The notes under the pieces are model-generated. The model saw only the letters and a list, made by a program, of their open reading frames with translations, was not told the DNA's origin and searched no databases. This document shows positions 1 to 10,301 of a DNA stretch of 43,564 nt, one piece after another. The stretch is from contig KZ538869.1 in NCBI GenBank assembly GCA_000934665.2, positions 1 to 43,564 on the forward strand. Reading direction: 5' to 3'. The position numbers were made by a program, and so were the translations under genes. The stretch's first letter is position 1. Every line of letters starts with the position of its first letter. Origin of the DNA: Catajapyx aquilonaris. Taxonomy: Eukaryota.

Positions 1-118
1 ACGAAACCAGAGATGGCCCAACTCTGCACGAAAGAAGGTGGGAACCCCGGGTGGGGATTGAACCCGGGACCTTAACTTCCGTGGGCGCGCGCGTTACTGC
101 GGCGCCACTCCGTCTCCC
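1..118 (-). mobile_element. tRNA-derived SINE family A, 5' head (cut by window edge)
   Basis: Minus strand reads GGGAGACGGAGTGGCGCCGCAGTAA...GGTTCAATCCC (Pol III A/B-box-like); near-identical to 21907-21991. Confidence 0.8.
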
Positions 119-130
119 TCAGTGTCTTAA

Positions 131-745
131 CCCTTAACCACCAACGTGAATCTGCCATACATTGGCTATGATGGGGTCTTTAAGGACCCTTCGTGGTTTT
201 CCTTTTGTAAAAAATTTGACTTAATAGCACTAAAGCCAGTCTTCCCCGCTAAATTTGGCCTGTATTCTCATCTGTATATGTGTAAAAAAAAAAATCGATC
301 TCCTGTGCCCATTAGTTGAGTCATAAGGGACCTGAGACTCCGTTATCACAACTTCGTAGCCTTCCAGCCCGATGCCGTAAGTAATGGCTAATAACGTAAA
401 CATTCCCAGCTGCAGGATCTGCAAGATTTTAGTTCCGAGCAATATTTATTGCTGAATAACAACACTCACACTTTATAAAATACAATGTGTTCCCTAAAAA
501 ATTATGTTACATTGGCTTTGACGTGGGGTATATCTGGACCCCACAGTGACGCTTAGCAGCATAAAAGTACCGGTAACTCGGCTAAAAAGATTTCTACTGA
601 TGTCAAAAATTTTCATTGGATCGAATGAGAAAGTATGTCTGAGGAATATAGGCCTGCCATTTTTCATTTCATATCAAATTTATTAATCGCGATGGTATTA
701 ACTACATTGTGGGGTCCAAAAAGACCCCACGTTGGTGGTTAAGGG
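131..745. mobile_element. piggyBac-type non-autonomous element (MITE)
   Basis: TIR cccttaaccaccaacgtg at both ends; TTAA on the left (127-130) and TTAG on the right; asymmetrically spaced internal ggggtc..gaccc repeats. Confidence 0.8.
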
Positions 746-1512
746 TTAGGGTGTTGCTAGTGTTAAGCCGAGGCGTTCATGTGTCAATAGGACCATGGAC
801 GTGGCTGATGCTAAGGTTGTTTGTTTGGATAGGTGTAAATAGTGTAGGTTAATTAATGGGAAGAATATTCATGGGTTTGTGAGGAATGGCAGTGTCCATT
901 GAATTCTTCCAAATGGCTAGAATGTTTGCAGGTTGGTGGGAGGAGTCGGCGTCTGGAAGTTCATACTCAGGCTCTGGGTGCTGTGCAAAACTACAAGTTT
1001 GGCAAATATCTCTTGCACAGTAATGCATAGGTAGACACCAGTAGTCATGCTTGCAAGGTTGTCTGCCTCTCTCTGTCCTGCACAGCACTTGGAGTTTGGG
1101 TATGGATTTCCGTATGCTGGTTCTTCTCGCTGGCCTGTGGGTGTTCTGGTGGTTTGGAGGAGAATATTCTAGTCACTTGGAGGAATTGAACAGTTGCTGA
1201 TTCCTCTTCCAGGGGGGTTGGGGACACTTGATTTCTCAAAGTACCACGTTGCATAGTGTAATATTTAAATTTAATGTTGAGAGTTTAGCATCTGAGATGG
1301 GCAGGGATGGGGGATGGGACGGGTTGTTTATAGGTTTATTTTTACAAGTTTTAATTTAGTTAATATTTTGGGTTAGCTTGTGGCTCCGGTCATCGTTGAC
1401 TATCCCTTATAGGGAATTGTCGTGATGGTGGTGATGATGATGATGTTATTAATCAAGCATTTTAAAGCATTCATAAGCATACATGTTTTTGAAACACCTT
1501 TCCTCCCATTAA

Positions 1513-1639
1513 CCCATTTATGCCTAGCGTTCCATTTTTGGAACGGCCAGTCTCGTGGGAGGTATTCATATCCCACTTTCTTGAATATTTCTGGGTAACC
1601 TATACGAAGTTAGAAATATCAACCTTAGGCATAAATGGG
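1513..1639. mobile_element. 127-bp piggyBac-type MITE
   Basis: 14-bp TIR cccatttatgccta flanked by TTAA on both sides (1509-1512, 1640-1643). Confidence 0.8.
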
Positions 1640-2403
1640 TTAAAACACACGTTCTGAAATTTTGAAATTGAAAAATATGGGTCTTTTCACTTTTTCAATT
1701 TTGTGCTTTTTCCTATAAATTAAACACAAATTTCATTGCAGGTCCTAGTAGGTAAATGTTCAATGTATTAACATTCACTTTCCTTACATTGCTGCATTCA
1801 TCAATTTTTTAACAAGAGGAAAACAATGTAACGGTGTCGAAAGGGCCCCTTACCCTAATGACGCCGTGAAGATATCCCTATTATTCTTTAGACACTTGAA
1901 GAATTAAAGCAATTTTTTCGATTTCTCATGAACCTCGTTTTTGTGACATTCCCCCCTTTTCCCCTGGACTCTTCATGTGCATGTAAGGCAAAGGTTTGCG
2001 ACATGGTGGAAATAAGGCAACATTCTTCTGTGTCAAATTAACATGATAAAATCTTAAGATTAAAAATTGATGGATTTTTGAATGCTTTTCCAAGGCAAGG
2101 CAGAGTTCACCACCAACCAAACTACCACAATATTTACACCCCTGAATTTTGAATTTTTTTTTGATTTTCTAATTCTGCTTGACCTATAGTGTTGTGCAAA
2201 CATCACCTCTGCTGCTAATTTTCATGTTAGCAGGGTCAAAATTGGGAATATCCCGAAGCCACAACAACCGCATCCGGTCGCCAGTCCCGTCCGACGCCTT
2301 TCATCGAGTCTCTCATGGTGGAGAAGGTCATAATGGAGAGTCTGGACCATGGTCTTATAATACTAAGGTCTGGTTACTACCTCTTATCGCCTGCCAGGGC
2401 TTT

Positions 2404-2664
2404 TTGCATGATGTGCTCACTTGAGAGCGCCATGAGACCATCTTTCACTGCTACATTATGTGGTGACCCTACCGGACCGCGCTGAACTTAGGTAGAAGGG
2501 AAGCTGCTACATGCGGGCCCAACATGGCCGCCGGCGACCATGTTGGGTCCCCCAATGTAGCACTTCCCTTTTGTATCTGTAAAGTTCAGCGGTGTCCGGT
2601 AGGGTCGCCACATAATGTAGCAGTGAGAGGTCTCATGGCGCTCTCAAGTGAGCACCTCATGCAA
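2404..2664. mobile_element. Foldback/palindromic MITE
   Basis: ~85-bp inverted arms (ttgcatga..cacttgagagcgccatgagacc..gctgaactt / reverse complement) plus an inner hairpin gggcccaacatgg/ccatgttgggtccc. Confidence 0.75.
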
Positions 2665-3134
2665 CCTCAGGTGATAAGATACGATTGTAGGGGTAGTGTC
2701 CGGGGGCTGGTCTGGACTCTGACCAAGGTGGTGGAATAGGTGTCATGATTTACTTGAACCTGCAGCAGTTGATTATTATCAGCAGTCATTCATCCCTCAT
2801 TTTCCTGACAACAGGGTTGTTTGCCCACTCTGTCACAAAACGTACCATATTTATAAGCTTCACATCTTAATGAACACACCAGGCACAGCAACACCCAGCC
2901 CAAAGACAATATTATGATGCCACAGCAGGGTAAAGGAGCAAACGAAAAGTTTCGCCTCAAATACTATCTGCTTATGTTGAGAGAATGAGAAAATTCAGTG
3001 TTTATTGCACTAGAAGAAAGGAAAGGCTAGGCAAAGATCAACTTTATGTAGCAAAATATGAATCAAATCTAATCAATCATTTACAATTTATTACACATAT
3101 GCAGTTGCATACAAGAATGAAAAAAAAAAAAACA

Positions 3135-3336
3135 TTATCCTCACACCAGCCGCACTTCAAAAATACCAACTCACCACACCTGTCCTCCGTACCGACCGTA
3201 CATGTCTCAAAATCAGTACCGAAACAGTAGTCAAAGGGTGTTGGGCAAGAAGCAGGCATGTCTTCCATGTAACCTGCTTTGTACCATGCATATTTTCTGT
3301 ATTCTTTGAATCTGGGTGCTGAAAATTGATAGTGAA
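3135..3336 (-). pseudogene. Tc4/Tc5-like transposase C-terminal fragment
   Basis: Reads IHYQFSAPRFKEYRKYAWYKAGYMEDMPASCPTPFDYCF...C...C...FLKCGWC, matching the recalled QFSSPRF-x-KYAWxKxGY...TP..FCF...CxWC motif of this family. Confidence 0.6.
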
Positions 3337-3422
3337 TGCGGGTGTTGTGGCTTCGGAATAGTGCTTATTTTGACCCTGCTAGCGTGAAAATTAGCAGCGG
3401 ATATGATGTTTGCACAACACTA

Positions 3423-4334
3423 CGAGGTGTGATCAAAAAGTTACCGGATTTTCGGTATACCGTGAAAACCAGTGGAGATACGAACTTGTGACGCTTCGGG
3501 GAGCTAGGAGCACCGTTCAGCTATTAGTCTGAAAAATATCGTCTTCATAGGTGCACATGTTTCCGAGTTTCGGCAGTTTTCTTGACACTGTGTTCTTGTG
3601 CTTCTGCGATTTTTCGAAATGGCTGATATTAGGGAGGAAAGGATTTGTATTAAATTTTGCTTCCGGCTCAACAAAATTTCAGCTGCAACCCACCGAATGC
3701 TGAACAAGGCTTTTGATGAGTAATATGTAAGACAAGCAATAACATATGAGTGGGTTAACAGCTTCAAATGTGACGTGCCAAGTTCGCGGCAAAGTCAACT
3801 CAATGCTGATCATTTTCTTTGACATTATAGGAATTGTGAATATGGAGTTTCTCCCTCATGGTAAAACTGTCAACGGCAAGTCTTACTGCGATGGTTTGAG
3901 ACGATTTAGGCTCAATTGGCCGGGGATATGGAAGAACAGATACTGGTTGCTGCACCATGACAATGCCGCCTGCACACACCTCACGCGTAGTCAGGGACTT
4001 CCTGACAAAAAACAACATGACCACTGTTCCAGACCCTGCCTGTTCGTTTGTCCTGACACCATGTGATTTCTACCTCTTCCCTAAAATGAAATTTGGGTAG
4101 AAAAGGAGTCATTTTGACCTCACTAAAGAGCTCCAAGCAAAATCGCAGCAGATGCTGAACACGATTCTGTTGGCCAATTTTTTGGGGTGCTTCCAAAAAT
4201 GGGAAATTCGCTGGGATCGTTGTATACGTGCCCAAGGTAACTACTTTGAAGGCGGCAGTGTAAATTAGGACTTAAAGTAAAATAATATGAATGGTTTTAT
4301 GAACACAGTCCAGGAACTTTTTGATCACACCTCG
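3423..4334 (+). mobile_element. mariner (Tc1/mariner) element, internally deleted
   Basis: ~26-bp TIR cgaggtgtgatcaaaaagtt.. at both ends, TA TSD (3421-3422, 4335-4336), decayed transposase inside. Confidence 0.92.
3619..4268 (+). pseudogene. mariner transposase pseudogene (stops, frameshifts, large internal deletion)
   Basis: MADIREERICIKFCFRL.. (HTH start), MLIIFFDIIGIV..EFLPHGKTVN, WLLHHDNA, PCDFYLFPKMK, RWDRCIRAQGNYFEG: hallmark mariner motifs. Confidence 0.9.
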
Positions 4335-4442
4335 TATAGGCCAAGCAGAATTAGAAAAGTCAAAAAATTTCAAAATTCAGGGGTATAAATTGTGGTAGTT
4401 AGGTTGTCAGTCATAAGGGGAAAATGTAATATGGAAGAACAG

Positions 4443-4782
4443 GGGGAGGCGTGGTGGCCGAGATGGTAACGTCTCGGCTTGCTGAGTGAAAGGCCCCAGG
4501 TTCGATCCCCGCCTGGGGAACTTCCTTTCACCTGCGTCGGGAGGGTCTCTGACCTGCACCAAGGAGGTGTCTGGCAACCTAACCTCCTGGGGGACTGCAC
4601 ATGGCCCAAAAGCCATAGGACAATGCACCTGCACAAGTGTCCCCTCCCCAACAATCTCTTTCCCTACCCTATATCCTGAACCAGCCCTTGCACGGAGATT
4701 GAAGAAAAAAAAAACAGAAAGATGATGGTGGTATGCCACCCCCCTAAACGAGCCGAAGGCTCGAGCACGGGGTATCAATATA
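4443..4782 (+). mobile_element. tRNA-derived SINE family B
   Basis: A-box TGGCCGAGATGG and B-box GGTTCGATCCC; 16-bp TSD taatatggaagaacag (4427-4442 and 4783-4798); 3' stem-loop cgagccgaaggctcg. Confidence 0.88.
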
Positions 4783-5533
4783 TAATATGGAAGAACAGTT
4801 TACACCCACTCATCTTCTCGACAATTTTCTTATAGCCTACTTGATCCACATGGATTACTCTATCTCTCGATACACTGGAATATATTGAGCAGATAAGTAT
4901 TACAAGAAAATTGATTTTTTATTCATATAAATTTTCAACAAACTGGTTATAACGGGCTTCTTGCACAAAATAATAACCATTTCTACTCTCAATATCCTGT
5001 GAGATATGTAGCTGTAACATCTGTACATAGACTTGACTGTTCTCTGATGATATTACCATGTTACAAGTTACAATATAACTGATCCCAGGAAGCTGTTACA
5101 ACCATCCCCATTGTGTGTTGTCTTGTAGATGTGCTTACTAGTTTTGAACTGTGCACATGATTTGGTCATCCATAGCCTACAGTGTGACCCCACTAAAGGA
5201 ACCTCTCATGATACCAAGGGAAATTCAATAACACCTCTACCCTCCGCATAATCACTTCATTACTGCCACTCACGAAAGTTGGGAACACACTTTTATTTTG
5301 GTTTTTTGCACATAGAAGAACAAAAAACAAAAAAGGAGTAGTCTTAAGTTTTGCCAGGCTTAGAGGTCATACTGGCACACGTACTGTGTGAGTTTCAGTT
5401 TCAGCTTCCAAACGTATTTATTATTAGTGATGATACAACCGACCCCGATCTCCCTTACTTATAGGAAATTTTGCTCAAAGCCATCAAACATACTACACTA
5501 ATGTTATTTTCCCACTATAAAATCCAATCTGCA

Positions 5534-5790
5534 TTACTTTGTTTTTAAAAAGGCATTAATATTCATTTGTTTAGTAGCAATTTCCCTTTTTAAACTGAGC
5601 AATAAATGTTTAATATTCACAAGGTTTTATTGGTATTTTTCTGTGATGTGATCATACAAAAATGCCCTGATGGACTTGAACGCACGAATTGCTACAGTAA
5701 AACTTGTCACTGGTTTGGGCTTGGCTTCATCTTGATCATTGTCAGCACCACCTTGCCCCACCAGCTTATTGTCTGGCAGGTAAAGGTGTC
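5534..5790 (-). pseudogene. Tigger/pogo-type transposase C-terminal remnant
   Basis: GQGGADNDQDEAKPKPVTSFTVAIRAFKSIRAFLYD / frameshift / NLVNIKHLLLSLKREIATKQMNINAFLKTK*: acidic tract plus the recalled KQxxIxxF ending typical of Tigger transposases. Confidence 0.6.
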
Positions 5791-5991
5791 TTCACAATCT
5801 CCTGCTCAAGATAGAAGCAGTGAAAGTGAGAGAGAAAAGATATGCAATTCTTGTGTCCCACTTTTGTTCAACTTCTCACCCATGCTAAAATGTCTTAAAT
5901 TCCCTCAAACGCACCAGTTCTCACAAGCATGCAGACATGCCTTAGACGTGTGCAACTCACTTTACACAGTCCAAACTGCTTATACTTGATA

Positions 5992-6573
5992 CCGTATTAC
6001 CTCTCATATTGCAGCACACCGGTATAAAACGATGTCGACCAGCATGCCGGTATAACCTGGGGGTGGCCGGCATGCGGCAATAACCGAGGTAGATTTCCGT
6101 AATTTTGATCCTTGCCGAATATTTTGGAATGCTTCTGGTACCATACTAAAATAATGTTACAATGAAAATGGGCGAGTGTACAGGCTGTGAGAATATGTCA
6201 GTTCTGTTGCACAGTGCATTTAAAAAATGTAGAGTGTATGACCAATCCCATCGTCAGCCTGCTTTGACAGGGGAACCTCTTGCTCTAACATACTGTGTAA
6301 ATAGAGATTATTCCCAAACACTGTGATTGAAAACAATATATGGTACGGGTACCCTATTTGGAAAATGGGCCTTTTCGATAGCCTTTACGTGAATTTAGAT
6401 TTTCAGGCAAATGTCAAGTTCAGAAAGGATAATGTAACTTATGTGAAAACCTCGCCATATACCAGCATACCTCGCCTTATACCGGCATGCCGGTATAGCC
6501 ACCAGATCATGCATTTCTAAAAACTGGTTGACCTCGCCTACACTGGCATGCCGCAATATGAGAGGTAATGTGG
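5992..6573. mobile_element. pogo/Tc2-like MITE
   Basis: TIR ccgtattacctctcatattgc / gcaatatgagaggtaatgtgg, TA TSD, internal gcatgccggtata subterminal repeats. Confidence 0.75.
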
Positions 6574-7100
6574 TACACCATGTTCCAAATCACTGTCATT
6601 ACTACCAGTGTGGTCTACGATTTGTGTATGTGTGGTTTTGTCATTTTATAAAAGAATCCGGGATTTATGTTGTGCAGAAAGAAAATTCTGAACTGTGGAT
6701 CTGGGAAAACAATACATCTGGGAACAATAGATCAAGGTTTCACTAAATTTATACCACTGTACAGTAAGACTGGGGCTGTGTGAGAATGGGTGGAGAAAAC
6801 TGTGCCATTAAGAGGAAACCCAGTCCGCAGTAGCCATAAAAAGTGGTATCAGTTGACATTTTATTTCAGGCATTGTGTGCTTGCTAACGTCATGAAATTT
6901 TTTGGGGGTGCTCTTCAATGTAGCTACCTAGATTCGAGTTACCTAATTACGAAAAATTGTGAAGCAAAGTAGTGAAAATAAATTGCGAAGTTATGTGTCG
7001 AAATTGTACATTTTTCCATTCCATCTCGATAATGATGCGTGAAGTACGGTATGTCCTTCAAAAATGTGAATCCATGTGTTATGTGGTGGTGTGCAGGGTT

Positions 7101-7212
7101 TGATGTGGAAATTTTTAAAATTAGTGATACATTTTGGCTATTTAAAAAGTTGATATCCAATTAAATTTTTAGTAGCCAAAATGTATCACTAATTTTTAAA
7201 ATTTCTACGTCA
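7101..7212. repeat. AT-rich palindrome, 40-bp arms (~3 mismatches), 32-nt loop
   Basis: tgatgtggaaatttttaaaattagtgatacattttggcta ... tagccaaaatgtatcactaatttttaaaatttctacgtca. Confidence 0.8.
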
Positions 7213-7305
7213 CGAAAGAACATAGCAATCATGCTTTAAAAGTTGGTGAAATGCAAAATAATGTAACTTGAATTTTCAAGTCTAACGCAAGGTGCTATTC
7301 TTCAG

Positions 7306-7470
7306 GCTGAAGGCACTACCATCCGTGTGGACCAGGGTGAAAACCACAAGCCTCCCGAGCAGCCAGAGAACCTTGAGGAAATTAAGAAGCGATTGCAGGA
7401 AGAGGGAAGTGTACCACCTCCACCTGCGAAACGACTTCACTTCGAGGGACATAAGGAAGAGGAGAAATAG
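7306..7470 (+). CDS. Probable terminal coding exon of an unidentified convergent gene: AEGTTIRVDQGENHKPPEQPENLEEIKKRLQEEGSVPPPPAKRLHFEGHKEEEK*
   Basis: Acceptor tattcttcag| (alternative ttttcaag| at 7281, same frame). Purine-rich, coding-like composition in AT-rich flanks; protein-like C-terminus with an NLS-like PPAKR; TAG at 7468-7470. No upstream exon confidently found. Confidence 0.55.
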   Translation, partial: AEGTTIRVDQGENHKPPEQPENLEEIKKRLQEEGSVPPPPAKRLHFEGHKEEEK

Positions 7471-7514
7471 GAATTCGTATGTCAAGAAATAAGACAATGA
7501 AGAATCATGATTAA

Positions 7515-7985
7515 CCCTTAACTACGTAGGTGGAGCCTGAGAGGCTCCAACCACTATTTAAACACATATAACTTTTTCATTGAATTTTTTTTTCCCTGTC
7601 CTTCTGTGATTTTGTCAGAAAAACCTTCATAAGCATGAAAAGGAAAGAAAAAAAATTTTAGTCCCTATTCTTTGGTTTTAAAAAATTCGTAACGAGGAAC
7701 AGGTCCCTCCTGGAACTGCTTAGGCTCTATATCTCAGGTGAAGCCTGAGCAGCTCAAACACATGATGTAACCTTTTAATTAAAAAATTTTCCCTGTCGGA
7801 ATATGCTGACTCAGCGTGTGATTTTTACGTTTTTGGAAGCCTAATATATCTGAGCTACACTTTCTGTATGTGAAAAGTCCAATATAACAATTTAGTTGAT
7901 AAGCAGAAATTTAAATATACCGTTGGAGCCTCTCAGGCTCCACCTACGTAGTTAAAGGTGTTTCACCCACCTACGTAGTTAAGGG
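7515..7985 (+). mobile_element. piggyBac-type MITE, copy 1 of inverted pair
   Basis: TTAA-cccttaactacgtaggtgg...ccacctacgtagttaaggg-TTAA; internal palindrome ggagcctgagaggctcc at asymmetric spacing. Confidence 0.92.
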
Positions 7986-8297
7986 TTAAAATTGATTCCT
8001 TCCGGTTCACTTTTTTTTTCCTCATTACAATGGCCGAACCTTGTCAGTGATGCTCTGTTTATATTTTGCCACTTAGCTCATTTTTCCCAGAGTTGCTATA
8101 ATTTTATTACTGGTAAAAGATTGTACAGTCACCAGTGTCGAGGACAACAACAGCCATGGTCAGCAGCTAAGATGCAATAAGGGAACTTGCATAAGCTGAC
8201 AACTGATGACCACGTTTATTGATAATAATTTATTCAATTCAAATGGATATGACGAACTTCGCATCCTCCTTGCCTTACAGGTATTATCTTGATTTAA

Positions 8298-8769
8298 CCC
8301 TTAACTACGTAGGTGGGTGAAACACCTTTAACTACGTAGGTGGAGCCTGAGAGGCTCCAACGGTATATTTAAATTTCTGCTTATCAACTAAATTGTTATA
8401 TTGGACTTTTCACATACAGAAAGTGTAGCTCAGATATATTAGGCTTCCAAAAACGTAAAAATCACACGCTGAGTCAGCATATTCCGACAGGGAAAATTTT
8501 TTAATTAAAAGGTTACATCATGTGTTTGAGCTGCTCAGGCTTCACCTGAGATATAGAGCCTAAGCAGTTCCAGGAGGGACCTGTTCCTCGTTACGAATTT
8601 TTTTAAACCAAATAATAGGGACTAAAATTTTTTTTCTTTCCTTTTCATGCTTAGCAAGGTTTTTCTGACAAAGTCACTGAAGGACAGGGGAAAATAAAAT
8701 TCAATGAAAAAGTTACATGCGTTTAAATAGTGCTTGGAGCCTCTCAGGCTCCACCTACGTAGTTAAGGG
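8298..8769 (-). mobile_element. piggyBac-type MITE, copy 2 of inverted pair
   Basis: Reverse complement of 7515-7985, with its own TTAA TSDs (8294-8297, 8770-8773). Confidence 0.92.
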
Positions 8770-9149
8770 TTAAGTCCTTTGAATGCTGTGGAATGGGAAT
8801 GGCTAAATCTACTAATTATTCAATCCTGTTGCCGTGTGGATCATTAAAATCGCTGAGAATGTAAGAAAAAAGTGGTTTGCTTCACTTAGAATGTCCCACA
8901 TAATTATAAACATTGACTTCTGTGTGGAAATAACATAGCCGATATCTGCATTATACTTTTATGATTTAGTTTGTCAATCTCTGTTGAGTGGTTACCAATA
9001 ATTTCTATGATACTGTAGGTATTCCATCAGGTTTTTAGTTATTAAAATATTTGGTCCTGTCAATTTGGAAGGAACCCATAATACTGTATTAACTTACTGT
9101 GTTGCCACAACAGTACATTACTGTATACTGCTAATTTTATTCCAATTAT

Positions 9150-9360
9150 CATTTTTACCAACCTTTTACCAACTGTGACCCCCTAAACATGTTTCCATAA
9201 ATGTGCNCCCCCCCCCCCCCCTACAACTGCCCCCTTTCTAGAAAACATACTCGCTGTACGGCCGCAAAACTGGTTCAATTGACACAGAAAGTGCAAAAAA
9301 AAAAAAAGTTTAGCCAAGGCTCGCGACCCTGCCCGCGACGCCCCCAGTTGGAAACCACTG
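9150..9360. mobile_element. Possible degenerate hAT-type MITE
   Basis: The right end reads CAGTGGTTTCCAACTGGGG on the minus strand, a typical hAT/Charlie-like terminus; the left end is degenerate. Confidence 0.35.
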
Positions 9361-10301
9361 CATTATGGATCGTGATGAGTGATGACACATGATCTGGAAA
9401 AAATTATGATTGCAAAATCCTTGGTGCCCCCATGAATTAGCCACCACATGATAGACAAAAAAGTGCAATAATTTTTCCATCTGAAAACTTCATTTTTCTG
9501 GTGTGTAGGGACAATAATGATATATACCAGTAGACTGCAGAGGATTATGGTCAGTCCCGTGGTCTGTACACACAATATTATACACACACTTACTTTCTTC
9601 CAAGGGAGCTTCATTTTGGCATGTGCGGTTTCTAGCTCCACTGTGAAAGATGTGGCTGTGTGAATAGACCATTACTAGCTGCAAGTGCCAGACAAGCCAG
9701 AATAAGGGTCATAACTGATATACTATTACCATAGTAACATTGCATGATTTCAGAATAACTTTATTTGTCTCCCATTTGTCATGTACAACGCTAGCTTGCA
9801 AAAGCCGACACATTTAACTTGTAATAATGATTCTAAAATGTATACTGTATGCCTGAGCAGACTGGAATCTTTTCAGCACTGCTGCTCATGTTTTTGTTAA
9901 TGTTAAACACTGATCACATTGAAACAACATAGGCTGGCAACCTAATCTAATAATGAGCCGCACTCTTTGTACAGCTTCATCAAACAGGTGTGAACCACTA
10001 AATTCTTACATTCTAGTTGTAGTACTCGACGATAAGAAACTCGTCTATAAAAGTACAATAACGCTGATCAATCTGTAGAAGCGGACGTGTCCTTGCGTCG
10101 CAGTCTCCCAGTCAGTAACGAAACCTTCAGCTGTTGCGGGAATCTGAGGGTATACACACGCACTTGGTAACAACGGTACAGACACTGGATGGGAGAATGC
10201 TATAAATTGCTGCAACTACAGTGCAGCCTTAGAGTGAGTGGACGCTTGCTTTACATGCTTGTGTAAGGTATTTTTTTTTTAATGGGCAGATCATGGAGCA
10301 T

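Larger units (their letters stand above)
2114..4406 (-). mobile_element. Old long-TIR DNA transposon (Tc4/Tc5-like, pogo-related), internally deleted, carrying nested insertions
   Basis: ~160-bp inverted arms (2114-2273 versus 3336-3422 + 4335-4406, roughly 90% identical by eye) flank a transposase C-terminal remnant. The TSD is not cleanly conserved. Confidence 0.6.

Noticed and set aside
849..1445. Possible LINE/Penelope fragment (Cys/His-containing ORFs, (GAT)n-like tract near 1425-1445)
   Set aside because: No RT, endonuclease or zinc-knuckle motif could be matched convincingly.
2234..2367. Possible plus-strand exon (tagcag|...AAG|gtctgg) that could splice in phase to 7281 or 7306
   Set aside because: Its acceptor and first ~40 nt lie inside the transposon TIR arm 2114-2273, the donor is weak, and two frames are open with no recognisable homology. 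It is more likely TE-derived, although exonisation is not excluded.
4443..4520. tRNA gene
   Set aside because: The A/B boxes are the head of a TSD-flanked SINE; there is no clean cloverleaf or Pol III terminator. The same applies to 40-118.
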